Shown here: positions 1 through 13,612 of the stretch, in pieces
How positions within the stretch are numbered: position 1 is the first letter of the stretch
How the letters are laid out: the number at the start of each line of letters is the position of its first letter
Assembly (NCBI GenBank): GCA_002269645.1
Contig: NIVC01000758.1
Coordinates: 1-64,000 of the forward strand
Direction: 5' to 3'
DNA from: Macrostomum lignano
Taxonomy: Eukaryota
DNA: 64,000 bases
Notes under the pieces: model-generated
Told to the model about the DNA's origin: nothing
The model's database searches: none
The model's input: the letters and a program-made list of their open reading frames with translations, nothing else
Program-made: the position numbers and the translations under genes

Positions 1-1456
1 TTGCGTGACCTTTGGTGCTGATAGCGTTTGCGGTCCAGGATAGTGTAGCAGCTTGAAATTTTGTTTCACATTTAGTGTATTTTTGGTGGTGGGTTTTTCG
101 TTTTTTTTGGTTTATACTTTTGTGCTGGCTATAGGCTGTTAAATTTAAGCGGTTTTGAACGCCTTTGCCCATGCGTTTTTTTAAATCGTAACACGCGCTT
201 ATTTTGTGGTTTTGTAGTAGCCGTTCAGGTTTATTGACATTATATTTTTATTGCATCGGAGCGGTTCCTCATTCGAATATTTGGTGAATGTGCATTAACG
301 GTTTTTTGCTGTGGTGGCGGTGCATCTTCCCGACTTTGATTGCTGATTGTGTTCTATCAGGAAGGGGGAATATTGCGTAGGCTTTGTATTTATGTTTCTT
401 TGTTAGTTATAGTTGTAGGTCTCATTTTCGTATGTCGAAGATATGTACGTCTCTGGCCCCGCCCCCCATTATCGCTTAGTGTACATGCAGTCTCAGCCCC
501 ACCCCATCTTTTGTGTGTCATTTAGCAGTTAAATATAAAAGGATCGATGGCTTGAATTTGTTCGTGAGAGCGCGTTGTGGCAATATTCAAAACCTTGCCG
601 AGAGTTTGGGCAAAAGGTTCTTTGTCTTGAGAACAGGAACAAATGTCGGCTTGTGAGCTTCAGAGCTCAATATTTTCTCGTGCTCAAAAAAACTTTAGTT
701 TTCTCAGACTCAATTTCTTTCATGGCCGAAAAATAACATCGGAACAACATCAGAGCAGCAATCACAACAACAAAAACAACAAAATAACAACAAAATATGC
801 TGTCAGGGTCTTTAGAAGTCAGCGTCAGAGGGCACGACTCTGGACTGCGAGAAATATTCTCGGGTCTAAAAAATTTTTGAAGAAATTAGTTTAAGCCAAG
901 AAAAGGAGATTAAAGAGGCGAGGAAGTTGCAGAAGACACTTCTCCACACCGGAGAGGCAGAATTTGCATTGGTCAATTGCGGACGTCTCTCCTAGCGAAA
1001 CCTATCCAGACCAGAGAGTGATATGGTGATCGCCCTGCAGTAATCCCCACTGTTAACTCTGAATTGAACTTGTAATGGTGAGAGAGTGAGAGGTGGGACC
1101 AGCGGATAAGAACCGCTGTAGTTGGTCTCATTGGCCCCGCCTGTGCTTACGAGCGTAGATGCCACCCACTGGTTGATCAGAAGTGACAGCAACGGCCAGG
1201 CAAGGCGGTTAGCGAGTTCGTTGCCAGGGTGCCTCGAGGATTCAATGCTGTGTGATTGGTTTCAGGTTGAGTGAGTTTGGTCGCTGTGTTGGTGTCGTGC
1301 AGAAAAAACGCTTTAAAGTTTTGTAAGTGAATTCTTCACGATAGCTCTTTTGTATCTGAATATGAATGAAAACGGTGCTCATGCCAGTATAAGTATAAGG
1401 AAAGGTTAATGAACATGTGCAATTTAGGGAATATAGAGAGCCATCTATTGTAAGTG

Positions 1457-2715
1457 GCTCCACCGTGTGCCAACTCCCTGCCTATAGCTATTCAATATCT
1501 GTGATCAGAGCTCCACCGTGTGCCACATCCCTGCCTGTAGTTATTCAATATCTGTGATCAGAGCTCCACCGTGTGCCAACTCCCTGCCTGTAGCTATTCA
1601 ATATCTGTGATCAGAGCTCCACCGTGTGCCAACTCCCTGCCTGTAGCTATTCAATATCTGTGATCAGAGCTCCACCGTGTGCCAACTCCCTGCCTGTAGC
1701 TATTCAATATCTGTGATCAGAGCTCCACCGTGTGCCAACTCCCTGCCTGTAGCTATTCAATATCTGTGATCAGAGCTCCACCGTGTGCCACATCCCTGCC
1801 TGTAGCTATTCAATATCTGTGATCAGAGCTCCACCGTGTGCCAACTCCCTGCCTGTAGCTATTCAATATCTGTGATCAGAGCTCCACCGTGTGCCAACTC
1901 CCTGCCTGTAGCTATTCAATATCTGTGATCAGAGCTCCACCGTGTGCCAACTCCCTGCCTGTAGCCATTCAATATCTGTGATCAGAGCTCCACCGTGTGC
2001 CAACTCCCTGCCTGTAGCTATTCAATATCTGTGATCAGAGCTCCACCGTGTGCCACATCCCTGCCTGTAGCTATTCAATATCTGTGATCAGAGCTCCACC
2101 GTGTGCCAACTCCCTGCCTGTAGCTATTCAATATCTGTGATCAGAGCTCCACCGTGTGCCAACTCCCTGCCTGTAGCTATTCAATATCTGTGATCAGAGC
2201 TCCACCGTGTGCCAACTCCCTGCCTGTAGCTATTCAATATCTGTGATCAGAGCTCTACCGTGTGCCAACTCCCTGCCTGTAGCTATTCAATATCTGTGAT
2301 CAGAGCTCCACCGTGTGCCAACTCCCTGCCTGTAGCTATTCAATATCTGTGATCAGAGCTCCACCGTGTGCCAACTCCCTGCCTGTAGCTATTCAATATC
2401 TGTGATCAGAGCTCCACCGTGTGCCAACTCCCTGCCTGTAGCTATTCAATATCTGTGATCAGAGCTCCACCGTGTGCCAACTCCCTGCCTGTAGCTATTC
2501 AATATCTGTGATCAGAGCTCCACCGTGTGCCAACTCCCTGCCTGTAGCTATTCAATATCTGTGATCAGAGCTCCACCGTGTGCCAACTCCCTGCCTGTAG
2601 CTATTCAATATCTGTGATCAGAGCTCCACCGTGTGCCAACTCCCTGCCTGTAGCTATTCAATATCTGTGATCAGAGCTCCACCGTGTGCCACATCCCTGC
2701 CTGTAACTATTCAAT
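1457..2715. repeat. 53-bp minisatellite, about 24 near-identical copies
   Basis: Unit GAGCTCCACCGTGTGCCAACTCCCTGCCTGTAGCTATTCAATATCTGTGATCA repeated head-to-tail with no spacers; recurrent variant CCACATCCC. Confidence 0.97.
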
Positions 2716-3445
2716 TGGTGTCCCCAAAGAAATGAAGAATGCCAAAAATACAACTAAATTCATATATATTTCAATAGAAAAGCTGTGGAACAACTGAAAT
2801 ATCGGAATAAAACATAAAACATGTAATTTTCATTGAAAAAAACGGATAGGAAATATTTAATCGATGACTCAGGTCGATGAAGAGATTACTCTTAGGTGCC
2901 AATAACGCAGCGCCTGTATGTAGTGCTCTGCAGGCTTGTAATCCAGGTAGTAAAAATTTACGGACTGCACAGATGCATGGATGCGTAGTGCACAGCGCAA
3001 AACTTTTGTTCAAGCGCAAATGTATTGTCTTGGATAGATGCATTTTGAGCAGAGAAAAGCCTATCAAAATGTCTAGAAACTTATTAATAATAATATCATC
3101 GCTAGTATAATTTATAACCCGGGAGACTAAGTTTTTCGATAGGGATAACATTGAACTCACGGCATTTAGATAAGGCAAGTTTTTAAAACTTTGACAATTC
3201 GATTGAAGCATAGTCAAGACATGTCAGACAGATTGCTCTATTCACACATCTCAAAATTAACGTCGCATAATATCAGCTTATTGACTTTCATTCCAGCAAA
3301 AAACACGCAACAGGCATGAACGCGGAATGTTTGCAGTGTGACATTCACACGAAAATGTTAATGGTAACTTCATCATTTAGAGTTATAACAGTTTAGTGGA
3401 AATAGTCGTTCACGGAAGCGGCAGTCTCGTGGGTATTGCGTTCGC

Positions 3446-6299
3446 TTAAACATCGTTTAAAGGAATATTGACTCCATCGTTGTTGTTTTCAGTAGTAGTT
3501 TGGGCACGTCGTCTGCGTTTTCTTACAAAATAAAAGACGATCACAGCTACAAGTAAGAGTGCAATGACCATCCCAGCCATGGCTCCCACCACAATCATAA
3601 CAATTCTTGCGCTGCCATCCTGTTGATTCTCTGGGCAGGGTACTCGCTCGTCGCAGTTGGTTCCTTGCATCACTGGGTTGAACTCAACGACAAGCAGCCG
3701 ATGCAGGCCCGCAGCCTCATCGCTACTGATTGGAACCAATTCCACTTTTTTATTGGAGTTCAGTCCAAGAGCAACTAATTGCATTTGCTGCTCATCCCCA
3801 GAAACGTTTCTGTCGGACGGTAGAGGTGAAGATAACGTGGAAAATCAGCCTCACGATCCTGCCTGATCTCCCAACTCCTTCTAACAATACTCACCCCAAG
3901 AAATCGATCAACTCAGACTGGTTGGTCAAATATGTCCAGTTGCTTTTGTGCGTCAAGTTCCTGTTGTGGCAGTCGAGGTACAACAGCTTCGTGTCACAAA
4001 CGGCCAAAAATGGCAGTAGTACTTGATGGTCTTTGACTCTGTGTAGCACTCTGGATGCTGTGGGTGTTGGTTCGGGTAGTTTTGCAAAGTTTTTATCTAG
4101 CCTTCATGCAACAGAATTATTTCTATAAGTAGGGATCATACAAAATCCCGAGTTTTGCCAATCCTGATCCCTGCTGGTATGCAAGATTTGGAGACAATCG
4201 GACAATTTAAAGTCATTTTTAGAGCATGCTCTGTCTCGGCTATGAAATGAGGCTCACTTTAAGCGAAATAAACTTTACTATGCTAAACAACTGAGAGTAT
4301 AAATTTAAGTGTTTAGAATCGAGATTCGAGCCTTGAGAGTTGAGTTGAGACTTGAGACTCGAGAGACTCGAGTTGATAGTTGAGTCATTGACTGTTGACT
4401 CGTCGAGTCGAGTGTTGACTCAACCTCACGATGTGTAATAATCATACAAAGTTGTAAAGTTGTTTTGTAGCTGTAATCAAGCTTCGTAAAAGATCAAAAT
4501 GCTTAATATTCGAATTCAAATCTAGCCGTTCGGGCAGTAGTGAATCGTGCACTGCATTTTGATTCTTGGAAAGGACAAGTTTTGGTGTCTTTACAAAATT
4601 ATAGCAAAAGCAGCTACAGCCTTTTAGCAATACGAGTATTGTTCTTAAACATTTTTTAATCAATCAGAAATGCGAAATTCTGACATTTTTGGATTCGAAT
4701 GAGACAAATATCATTCACACAGACAATGGACTGCGTATTAAATATACAATACCAAGCAAAAATTAACAAGATATTACTAATTATTACTAATTAGTCATCA
4801 CTGTCGGGATTGGAAGTTTTCGGGAATTGGATGGTAAATCCCGGACAATTGCAATCCCAGGATTAAGAATTTTTCGAAATCCAGGGTCATCATAATCTCG
4901 GAATTAAGAACAAGGATCACTGGGTGTTCCGTTGTATCAGGATGTAGCACTCATAAATATTGCAATTTTGTTTGATGGTTCGCTTCTTCACGTGCATTTA
5001 GCTATGCTTTCCTTCAAAAAAGCATTCTCACTTTTTCTCCACACAAACTAAAAAATTGTTGTGTTTCTTATAATTAATCATATTTAACTAATTTATGTCA
5101 TTCCATGCAAGAAATATTGCACAGATACCCATTCCTGACTCCTGAGGGTCGCAAACGAGCGCATGTAAGCCTGTCGATCCCACATGCAGATATTGAGTCG
5201 TCGAACCTTGCGTAAGCTTCAAGGGATAAAATGTCAAAAAACCTGGCGAAAAATTATCAATATAAGTGCATCTGATTCAGAGATCTATGCATTTAAAGTT
5301 TAGCTGCAATGCAAACAAGCGAGCCTTCAAATAATTTTTCAATATCTGAACGTTGTACGTCCTGATGAAACGATAACTACTATTGGTTCTTGATTCAGAA
5401 TACCTGGATTTGGGCCTAATATTTTGATCCCGGGATCCCAGGATTGTATTGCCCAGTTGATGGGGCATTAATGCTTCGTAGACAAAATATATTTACTCAC
5501 CGTTCTGTATAAACTCGCCAATTAGGTGTGCATCGCAATGCTGCAGCGGACAGCCACTCGAGAGCTGCAGGCCATGGCCCAAGGCCGAATCAGCAGGGAC
5601 CGTCAAGTAGCATCTCCCGCCGTGCCTGAAGCTTGTGCTGGAGTTGCACGACTTCTGGCTCGTGACAGAGACTGTTAGTTTGTCGGATGCAGTCACATTT
5701 GTGACATTTGCCAGCTTGGCTGTGATGTTCACTGTGTCCCCACTGAAATGTAGGGTGTCAATTATGCACTTCAAATCATTTTGACTGAACTCAACATTGC
5801 ATAGCTGTTGCATAGCTGGTAGACGGTCAAAACTTTTCAAATCATGTCAATTTAGTCAAATCCACCACACACGTCAGTACAACGGAAGTAAATGCAGTTT
5901 AAAGTAAAGAAGTCCCTTACGCATTCGCCAAGATGTAGAGGCCAGAGCTGAGGTTCACTGAGTTGGCAAAGTCACCTCCTAAATTAAGAATGTAATCAGA
6001 CCAGTTAGACAATAACACATTTAATGTATCTAAAATCTATGCGAATAATTAAGCGAACATGCTCACCACTTAAATGCGCAACACCCAGCCAGAGTCCTTG
6101 TCTTGGCTCGGGAGGTTGGAGTTGGAGAATGCTGTTATTCTCGACCACATTGATCTTCCACCGACAAACCACATTTGTTATCACGGTGGTCTCGCTAGCA
6201 AACCGTTCGTGGAAATATAAAGTTAAACTCCTTCCTCCCTCGACATCAAATTTGTGCCAAAGCTGTTCTCGACAGTGCGCCACTTCAGCCGTTGCGACT
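3446..6299 (-). CDS. Spliced type-I membrane protein, CUB-like plus C-type-lectin-like ectodomain (5' exon(s) not identified)
   Basis: Exons 6067-6299, 5501-5816, 3895-4096 and 3446-3809 join in frame via GT-AG introns (donors GTGAGC/GTGAGT). The product has CRWKINVVENNSILQLQ (CUB-like), SCNSSTSFRHGGRCY (CTLD N-terminus-like), a TM helix IVMIVVGAMAGMVIALLLVAVIVFYFV, a stop-transfer RKRRRR and a short tail ending NIPLNDV*. Domain names rest on motif resemblance only. Confidence 0.7.
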
Positions 6300-8255
6300 C
6301 TGAAATTCGATGAAAAAATGGCTAATTGTACATGTGTCTGACTGATTAAAACAGAAAAATCTGACAAAAAGGCAGAGAATCTGCTACAGAATGGGAGAAA
6401 ACTGTTTCGTGGCGATCAGAAGTGTCAGAGCTTATACTCAAGTGCGGCAAAATGTTCAGGCTGATTAAACATTAGCAAAAAAGATAAGATAAGAGACTTT
6501 TGATGCCAAGCTAATTGACAGACAAGTAGAGTTTCATCAAAAGAGGCTGATACTAAACGTCATTAAAAGACCAAGCTCTTAGATCCATTTGACACACAAG
6601 ACAAATATCTGAGACAAAACAGTTTACAATGAAGTGTAAGAGACTCAGTTGACATACAGACAGAAAAACGATGTTCTCGATGATCTGAATTTTTAGCAGG
6701 GAAGGCAAAGAATTATGTAGAAAAAAATGCAAGCAGACAAAAGTTTGACAGCCCGGTTGTGAACAAGTCGAAGCAAGAGATCACTAACAAAAAAAGCTTG
6801 AAGAAACTGGCAAACAAGCAGAGCTCATAAGCAAAGATGATGACAACCAAGGATTGGGAATTCATTGGTAAAACAGAAAAGTAGTCAGTCTGGATGTACA
6901 GAATGACAGATGTACAAACTTACCGGTACTGCAGATAAAATACTATGAAAGAAATTAAAATGTGCCAATTCATTTCAGCCTTAAATATTTTTTCAATTTT
7001 GTATTGCAAATCAGAGCCGGTTATTTCGGTTCTCGCATCAACATGGAACCAAAAGTTTTAGCAATCGTTTGAACAATGTAAAAATATTGCTATTTTATTA
7101 AGTTGAAACTAAAGTGTTCAATTATAAGAATTCCGGTTGTTACAACTATGGAGTTTTAATTTTCCTTTGGCGGTGATTATTTCTCTAATTGAAATTTGTT
7201 AATGTTCGCGGTTTCGTCATAGCTATATTAAAACAAAAATGTTTTGAATGTAACTAAACTCTAGATTTCGCTCTGCTAGTCACTACTGCAATAAGTAGTG
7301 TGATTAGCGTAAGTAGTTATAGATTTTCGGTAAGTTTAGAAATACTTTTTTTGCGCTTACTAGGATTATTGAAGCTTTGAGAAATCGGAAAAAAAGCTGT
7401 GTAATTTTCTCTGTGAAGAATAAGCGAAAAATTACCATCGAATTTAGCCAGATTTTCAAGTTATTCGTTGAAACTTCGTTGACTCCATGACGGCACTTTT
7501 GACCTGGCTGCGATCGTCAGTAGTATCGAGAGCAAATCTTTTTTCGAATACCATAGGAAGCGTCTCAGCAATGAAAGAATTGGGACGATGACTCAAGACA
7601 GGATGAAAAATACAAAAGCTCTTGCTTGGGATCCAAAAAAGTAAGCTAAATAGCAAGCAGCAGCCAGCAGTTTACAGTACCCAGCCTTGCATACCAATAC
7701 ATTAATCATTGATTCAGGTTCAGCCGTGGACTAGCCGCGGATCTCCCTCGCAGTAGGCAACACATAACTATGCAGATAATAAGGGGGCTGAAGTAGAAAC
7801 AACAGCCAACAGCACTGACAAAATGGACCTTTACGCTTGTAGCACAATGAGAATTCAGTTTTACTAACCCAGTGGTATGCCCATGCTGCGCACAATGTAG
7901 TTTTAGACTGTACAATAGCTATCTTGTCAAAAAACGCATTGCTATTTTGGTGGATAGCCACTTATAGAGCTGGTCATAATTCTCTGTCCCATTTGGTCCT
8001 ATCCACGGGAGGACCAGGCGTTAAGCGCATTTAGGAGCGCAATTGCCTCACTTTGCCACTTCTATCGAAACAGCGCAGAAACTATTTTAACTGCCATGCG
8101 GTGTCTGCACTCGTAAAATCTGCTCTGGCCTATTCTGGGTGCCCATGCAATAATTCCGTCGGGTGATGTTGAGGGCTGGAAATGCAAAAATAACAATAAG
8201 CGCAGGGCCGAAAACGCAGCGCGCAAACAATTATTCATCCAAAGTAGCCTAAGAT

Positions 8256-8812
8256 GCAGCTGTGATGCCTGTCACACAGGTAGTTAGCACAGGTAGCTGT
8301 GATGCCTGTCACACTCACAGCTGCAGTTTGCACAGATAGCTGTGATGCCTGTCACACTCACAGCTGCAGTTTGCACAGATAGCTGTGATGCCTGTCACAC
8401 TCACAGCTGCAGTTTGCACAGGTGGCTGTGATGCCTGCCTGTCACACTCACAGCTGCAGTTTGCACAGGTGGCTGTGATGCCTGTCACACTCACAGCTGC
8501 AGTTTGCACAGGTAGCTGTGATGTCTGTCACACTCACAGCTGCAGTTTGCACAGGTGGCTGTGATGCCTGTCACACTCACAGCTGCAGTTTGCACAGGTG
8601 GCTGTGATGCCTGTCACACTCACAGCTGCAGTTTGCACAGGTAGCTGTGATGCCTGTCACACTCACAGCTGCAGTTTGCACAGGTGGCTGTGATGCCTGT
8701 CACACTCACAGCTGCAGTTTGCACAGGTGGCTGTGATGCCTGCCTGTCACACTCACAGCTGCAGTTTGCACAGGTAGCTGTGATGCCTGACACACTTACA
8801 GCTGCAGTTCTC
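8256..8812. repeat. 43-bp minisatellite, about 13 copies
   Basis: Unit GCTGTGATGCCTGTCACACTCACAGCTGCAGTTTGCACAGGT(G/A); two copies carry a 4-bp GCCT duplication. Confidence 0.93.
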
Positions 8813-9492
8813 ACAAGTTGCTGTGACAGCACAAAAACTCAATAGCCAACAAGTTGGAACAACAACACTAATTTTGAAACAACAAAGTTTCTTAGACTGT
8901 TGGGAACCTGAAATATTGCTGTAATATTATCTTATCGTTTATTCAAATTTTCATATTTCGACTTGCAGTAGCATAAAAAGCGTTTCGTATACTAAAAATG
9001 AAATAAAGAGACTACAAAAATCAACCAGCACAATTTTGTTAACGATAAGCAGCGGTCTCTTTCGCCATCTCATCGCATCTCTACCTCCACCCTACGCAAA
9101 AGCAGGTGTAGGTTAAGCACCTGCCAATACTCAACCGCAGCGTTCGGGAAATAGCATTGGCTGACTCAAGTAGTTCGTCAAAATAAAAGCATTTATGATG
9201 AAGTTTTAGCTAGGGGGCTGCTGCTAAACTGTACTGCATTCAGCTCTACACTGGAAGCGCACACGCGACCCTTCTGTGTATTTAATCTACACCACAAAGA
9301 GCTACTCTTATAAAAGTGCAAAGCGGCAGGACTCCGGAGCCGTGCTAAATCGATTTGCCTGCTCGGAGATGTCAATCCGTTCCATTCGAGCGCTCACCTA
9401 AAAATCCGCACCAGAATAAGTGAAAAAACAACACTATGCATGAATTATGAACTCAATGAGCAGTTCGGACTGTTGCAGAGCTCAGGCCAGAC

Positions 9493-9587
9493 TCAAAGCA
9501 GAATCTGCCTCAGCTTTTGCAGCTGCTGTTGCCGCTGTTGCAGAAGCACCTGCTGAGGCACTTGCTGATGAGCTAGCTGCTGTCTCG

Positions 9588-9636
<49 letters not shown>

Positions 9637-12600
9637 ATGCTCCTGAACATGCTGCTGCTGCTGGCTTGAGGACGGCGGAGCAAAGCAGAAAATCTGAAGA
9701 AAAAAAATTGAAATTAGCAAAGGAAAGCACTGGAAAGCATTCACCATCAGATCCACCCGCCTATACCATATGTGCCACTTTTTCTACCAGAAACACAGGT
9801 ACACCATCAGCTGAATTGCCTACCACAAATCTAAATTGCCTACGACAAAGCTAAATTGCCTACCACAAAGCTAAATTGCCTACCACAAATCTAAATTGCC
9901 TACCACAAAGCTAAATTGCCTACCACAAATCTTCATTGCCTACCACAAATCAACATTGCCTACCACAAATCTACATTGCCTACCACAAATCTACATTGCC
10001 TACCACAAATCTACATTGCCTACCACAAATCTACATTGCCTACCACAAATCTACATTGACTACCACAAATCTACATTGCCTACCACAAAGCTACATTGAC
10101 TACCACAAAGCTACATTGCCTACCACAAAGCTGCAGCTTCAAAGAATTTCCAACTTAAACTCTCACCCTGTCCTTCTGGTCGATCTGCGTGTCCGGTTCC
10201 GGGAAGGTCATCACGAACCATCCGCTGGTGGTGTCTGAAGATTTGTCCTTTTTCTTCACGGCACGCCTGCGGTAGACGCCCAGACACATGATTTCGAACC
10301 TGTCCAGGCAGCTGATCACCAGGTCCTCCCACTTCATCTCCTGCAAACCGGAAGTGATTCTAGCTACCCTATACGGTAAACCGGAAGTGATTCAAGCTAC
10401 CCTATACGGTAAACCGGAAGTGATTCAAGCTACCCTATACGGTAAACCGGAAGTGATTCAAGCTACTCTATACTGCAAACCGGAAGTGATTCAAGCTACT
10501 CTATACTGCAAACCGGAAGTGATTCTTGCTACCCTATACTGCGAACCGGAAGTGATTCAAGCTACCCTATACTGCAAACCGGAAGTGATTCAAGCTACCC
10601 TATACTAAAAACCGGAAGTGATTCAAGCTACTCTATACTGCAAACCGGAAATGGTTCAAGCTTACCCTATACTGCAAACGGGAAGTGATTATAGCTACCT
10701 TATACTGCAAACCCGAAGTGATTCTAGCTACCCTATACTGCAAACCGGAAGTGATTCTAGCTACCCTATACTGCAACCTGGAAGTGATTATAGCTACCTT
10801 ATACCACAAACCGGAAGTGATTCTAGCTACCATATACTGCAAACCGGAAGTGATTCTTGCTACCCTATACTGCGAACCGGAAGTGATTCAAGCTACCCTA
10901 TACTGCAAACCGGAAGTGATTCAAGCTACCCTATACTGCAAACCGGAAGTGATTCAAGCTACCCTATACTGAAAACCGGAAGTGATTCAAGCTACTCTAT
11001 ACTGCAAACCGGAAATGGTTCAAGCTTACCCTATACTGCAAACGGGAAGTGATTATAGCTGCCTTATACTGCAAACCCGAAGTGATTCTAGCTACCCTAT
11101 ACTGCAAACCGGAAGTGATTCTAGCTACCCTATACTGCAACCTGGAAGTGATTATAGCTACCTTATACCACAAACCGGAAGTGATTCTAGCTACCATATA
11201 CTGCAAACCGGAAGTGATTCTTGCTACCCTATACTGCGAACCGGAAGTGATTCAAGCTACCCTATACTGCAAACCGGAAGTGATTCAAGCTACTCTATAC
11301 TGCAAACCGGAAATGGTTCAAGCTTACCCTATACTGCAAACGGGAAGTGATTATAGCTACCTTATACTGCAAACCCGAAGTGATTCTAGCTACCCTATAC
11401 TGCAAACCGGAAGTGATTCTAGCTACCCTATACTGCAACCTGGAAGTGATTATAGCTACCTTATACCACAAACCGGAAGTGATTCTAGCTACCATATACT
11501 GCAAACCGGAAGTGATTCTTGCTACCCTATACTGCGAACCGGAAGTGATTCAAGCTACCCTATACTGCAAACCGGAAGTGATTCTAGCTACCCTATACGG
11601 TAAACCGGAAGTGATTCAAGCTACCCTATACGGTAAACCGGAAGTGATTCAAGCTACTCTATACTGCAAACCGGAAGTGATTCAAGCTACTCTATACTGC
11701 AAACCGGAAGTGAGTCAAGTTACCCTATACGGTAAACCGGAAGCTGCCTCATAAGCTGGCCGCTATCACAGCCACCCTCAGTAGCCAGCAACTGAACGGC
11801 AAACCTTGCAGTCGAACAGCTGGAAGATGTCCTTCAGCGGGAAGTCGGTCGACTTCAGCAGCATCAGGCGGAAGCCGTAGACGCGGCTGTGCTCCGTCAG
11901 GTCCCCGCGGCTCAGGCAGCTGGGGATGCAGAAGTCCAGGCTGAGGTAGTCGTCCACGCTGGGCTGGTTGGAGCCGTGGATGATGGACTCCAGGAAGGCC
12001 AGGGACTCCGGGCAGAAGTACACGGACGCCAGCAGGCCCGTCAGGTTTGGCGACGACACGACAAGTCCTTCGGCGAATGACTGCGTGTCCATCACGTCGG
12101 CCGCGGAGATGTCCGTCAGGCGCTCGGTCGGGTCGGAGAAGCAGTACGCGTTGGGCGAGTAGTACAGCTCCGAGGTCACGTGACAGTCCTTAGCGCCGAT
12201 GCCGCGCAGGTTCTCGGTGCACAGCAGGGTCATCTTGTCGGCCAAGAAGGGGTCGCAGGAGGAAGACCGCTCGGCGAGGTTGATGACGGTCATGGCGGCG
12301 GCCTGGTGGGCGCGGCAGTACAGCAGGTGCTGCGGGAAGATGCCGTTGCCGTCAACCACGTAGATGAAGGGGAAGTTGCGGATGCCGCGCCACTCGTGCT
12401 GCTCGATGGACTCGGCGTCGCCGAGGATGACGATGTCGCTGAGCTGCTCGGCGGGGATGGAGCAGTTGCGGAGCGGCAGTACCAGTGAGGACATGCCGAT
12501 CGGGTGCTTCAGGGAGCCGATGATGGCCACCAGGGTGTGGCCCCGGAACTCGATTTCCTTGGCCTCGTCGACGCTGAGCTTCCGGCAGCGCCGATTCGGC

Positions 12601-13580
12601 GCCCAGTGCAGTGTGCCGGTGATGTCCAGCAGCGGCGGCACCTCGTGCTCGGCGGCGTGCAACTCGCGCTTCGTGCTGCAGCGGGCGTCGACGCTGTCGC
12701 GGAACCAGTTCTCCAGGCGGTGCTCCTCCTCGTGACCGGTGATGGCGGAGGCTCGGCGAACTGTCTGCTGCTGAAGCTGGCCTTGGAATCTGAGCAGCGG
12801 CACGTCCGACCAGTCTGTAGGGAGGGGGGGGGGTTGCGGAGAGCGGCTGGTGCGTCTCGATGACTTCTTCAGTATTGTCCTCTGAATATTGTCCTCTAGC
12901 CTATCATGGGTGCAGGAATAGAATGGATTGCTAATCTAGCCTATCATGGGTGCAGGAATAGAATGGATTGCTAATCTAGCCTATCATGGGTGCAGGAATA
13001 GAATGGATTGCTAATCTAGCCTATCATGGGTGCAGGAATAGAATGGATTGCTAATCTAGCCTATCATGGGTGCAGGAATAGAATGGATTGCTAATCTAGC
13101 CTATCATGGGTGCAGGAATAGAATGGATTGCTAATCTAGCCTATCATGGGTGCAGGAATAGAATGGATTGCTAATCTAGCCTATCATGGGTACAGGAATA
13201 GAATGGATTGCTAGTCCAGCTCGTGAATGAAGGAGCAGATTGAGGAGCTCGACTGTCTCCGTAGCAACTCACCCACATCGCCCGTGAGGTCAAAGCCAAC
13301 TCCTGCCGTGACGGATTCGTCGCCGGTGTGGCTGGTGCTGCGGGTCAGTGAGTGCAAGGGGCGGTGGGTATTCAGCATGGGGTGGAAAAAGTGGGCGAGA
13401 ACAGCAGCAGCTGCTGGCTGCCCGCCCACTCACTCCGTGTCTTCCAGCTCCGCCCTGTACGACAGCTCCGGGTCGGGAATTGTGCTCTGGTCATCGGTGA
13501 GGGTGTCCAGCACCGCCACGAAGTCTTCTTTGAGACCACCGCCGCTGCTGCCGCCTCCTCCTGCACCGCCGCCCCCGCCC

Positions 13581-13612
<32 letters not shown>

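Noticed and set aside
1190-1245. HPGNELANRLA resembling an RNase H motif (minus strand)
   Set aside because: A short isolated match with an upstream stop and no other RNase H or RT motifs.
1457-2715. CRISPR-like regular repeat
   Set aside because: Units are contiguous and identical, with no unique spacers and no cas genes; the context is eukaryotic.
4140-5450. Scattered ATCCCG/CGGGAT motifs (also about 28480-28535)
   Set aside because: Too degenerate to define element boundaries; probably old MITE debris.
7456-7700. Candidate signal-peptide exon for the 3446-6299 gene
   Set aside because: A phase-compatible donor (AG|GTCAAA) is weak and there is no in-frame ATG; this cannot be supported without cDNA.
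9447-9854. Plus-strand poly-Ala ORF
   Set aside because: It is the antisense reading of the Slo poly-Gln terminal exon.
10288-11754. ORFs with CKPEVIQATLY / QTGSDSSYPIL repeats
   Set aside because: Translations of the 33-bp intronic minisatellite.
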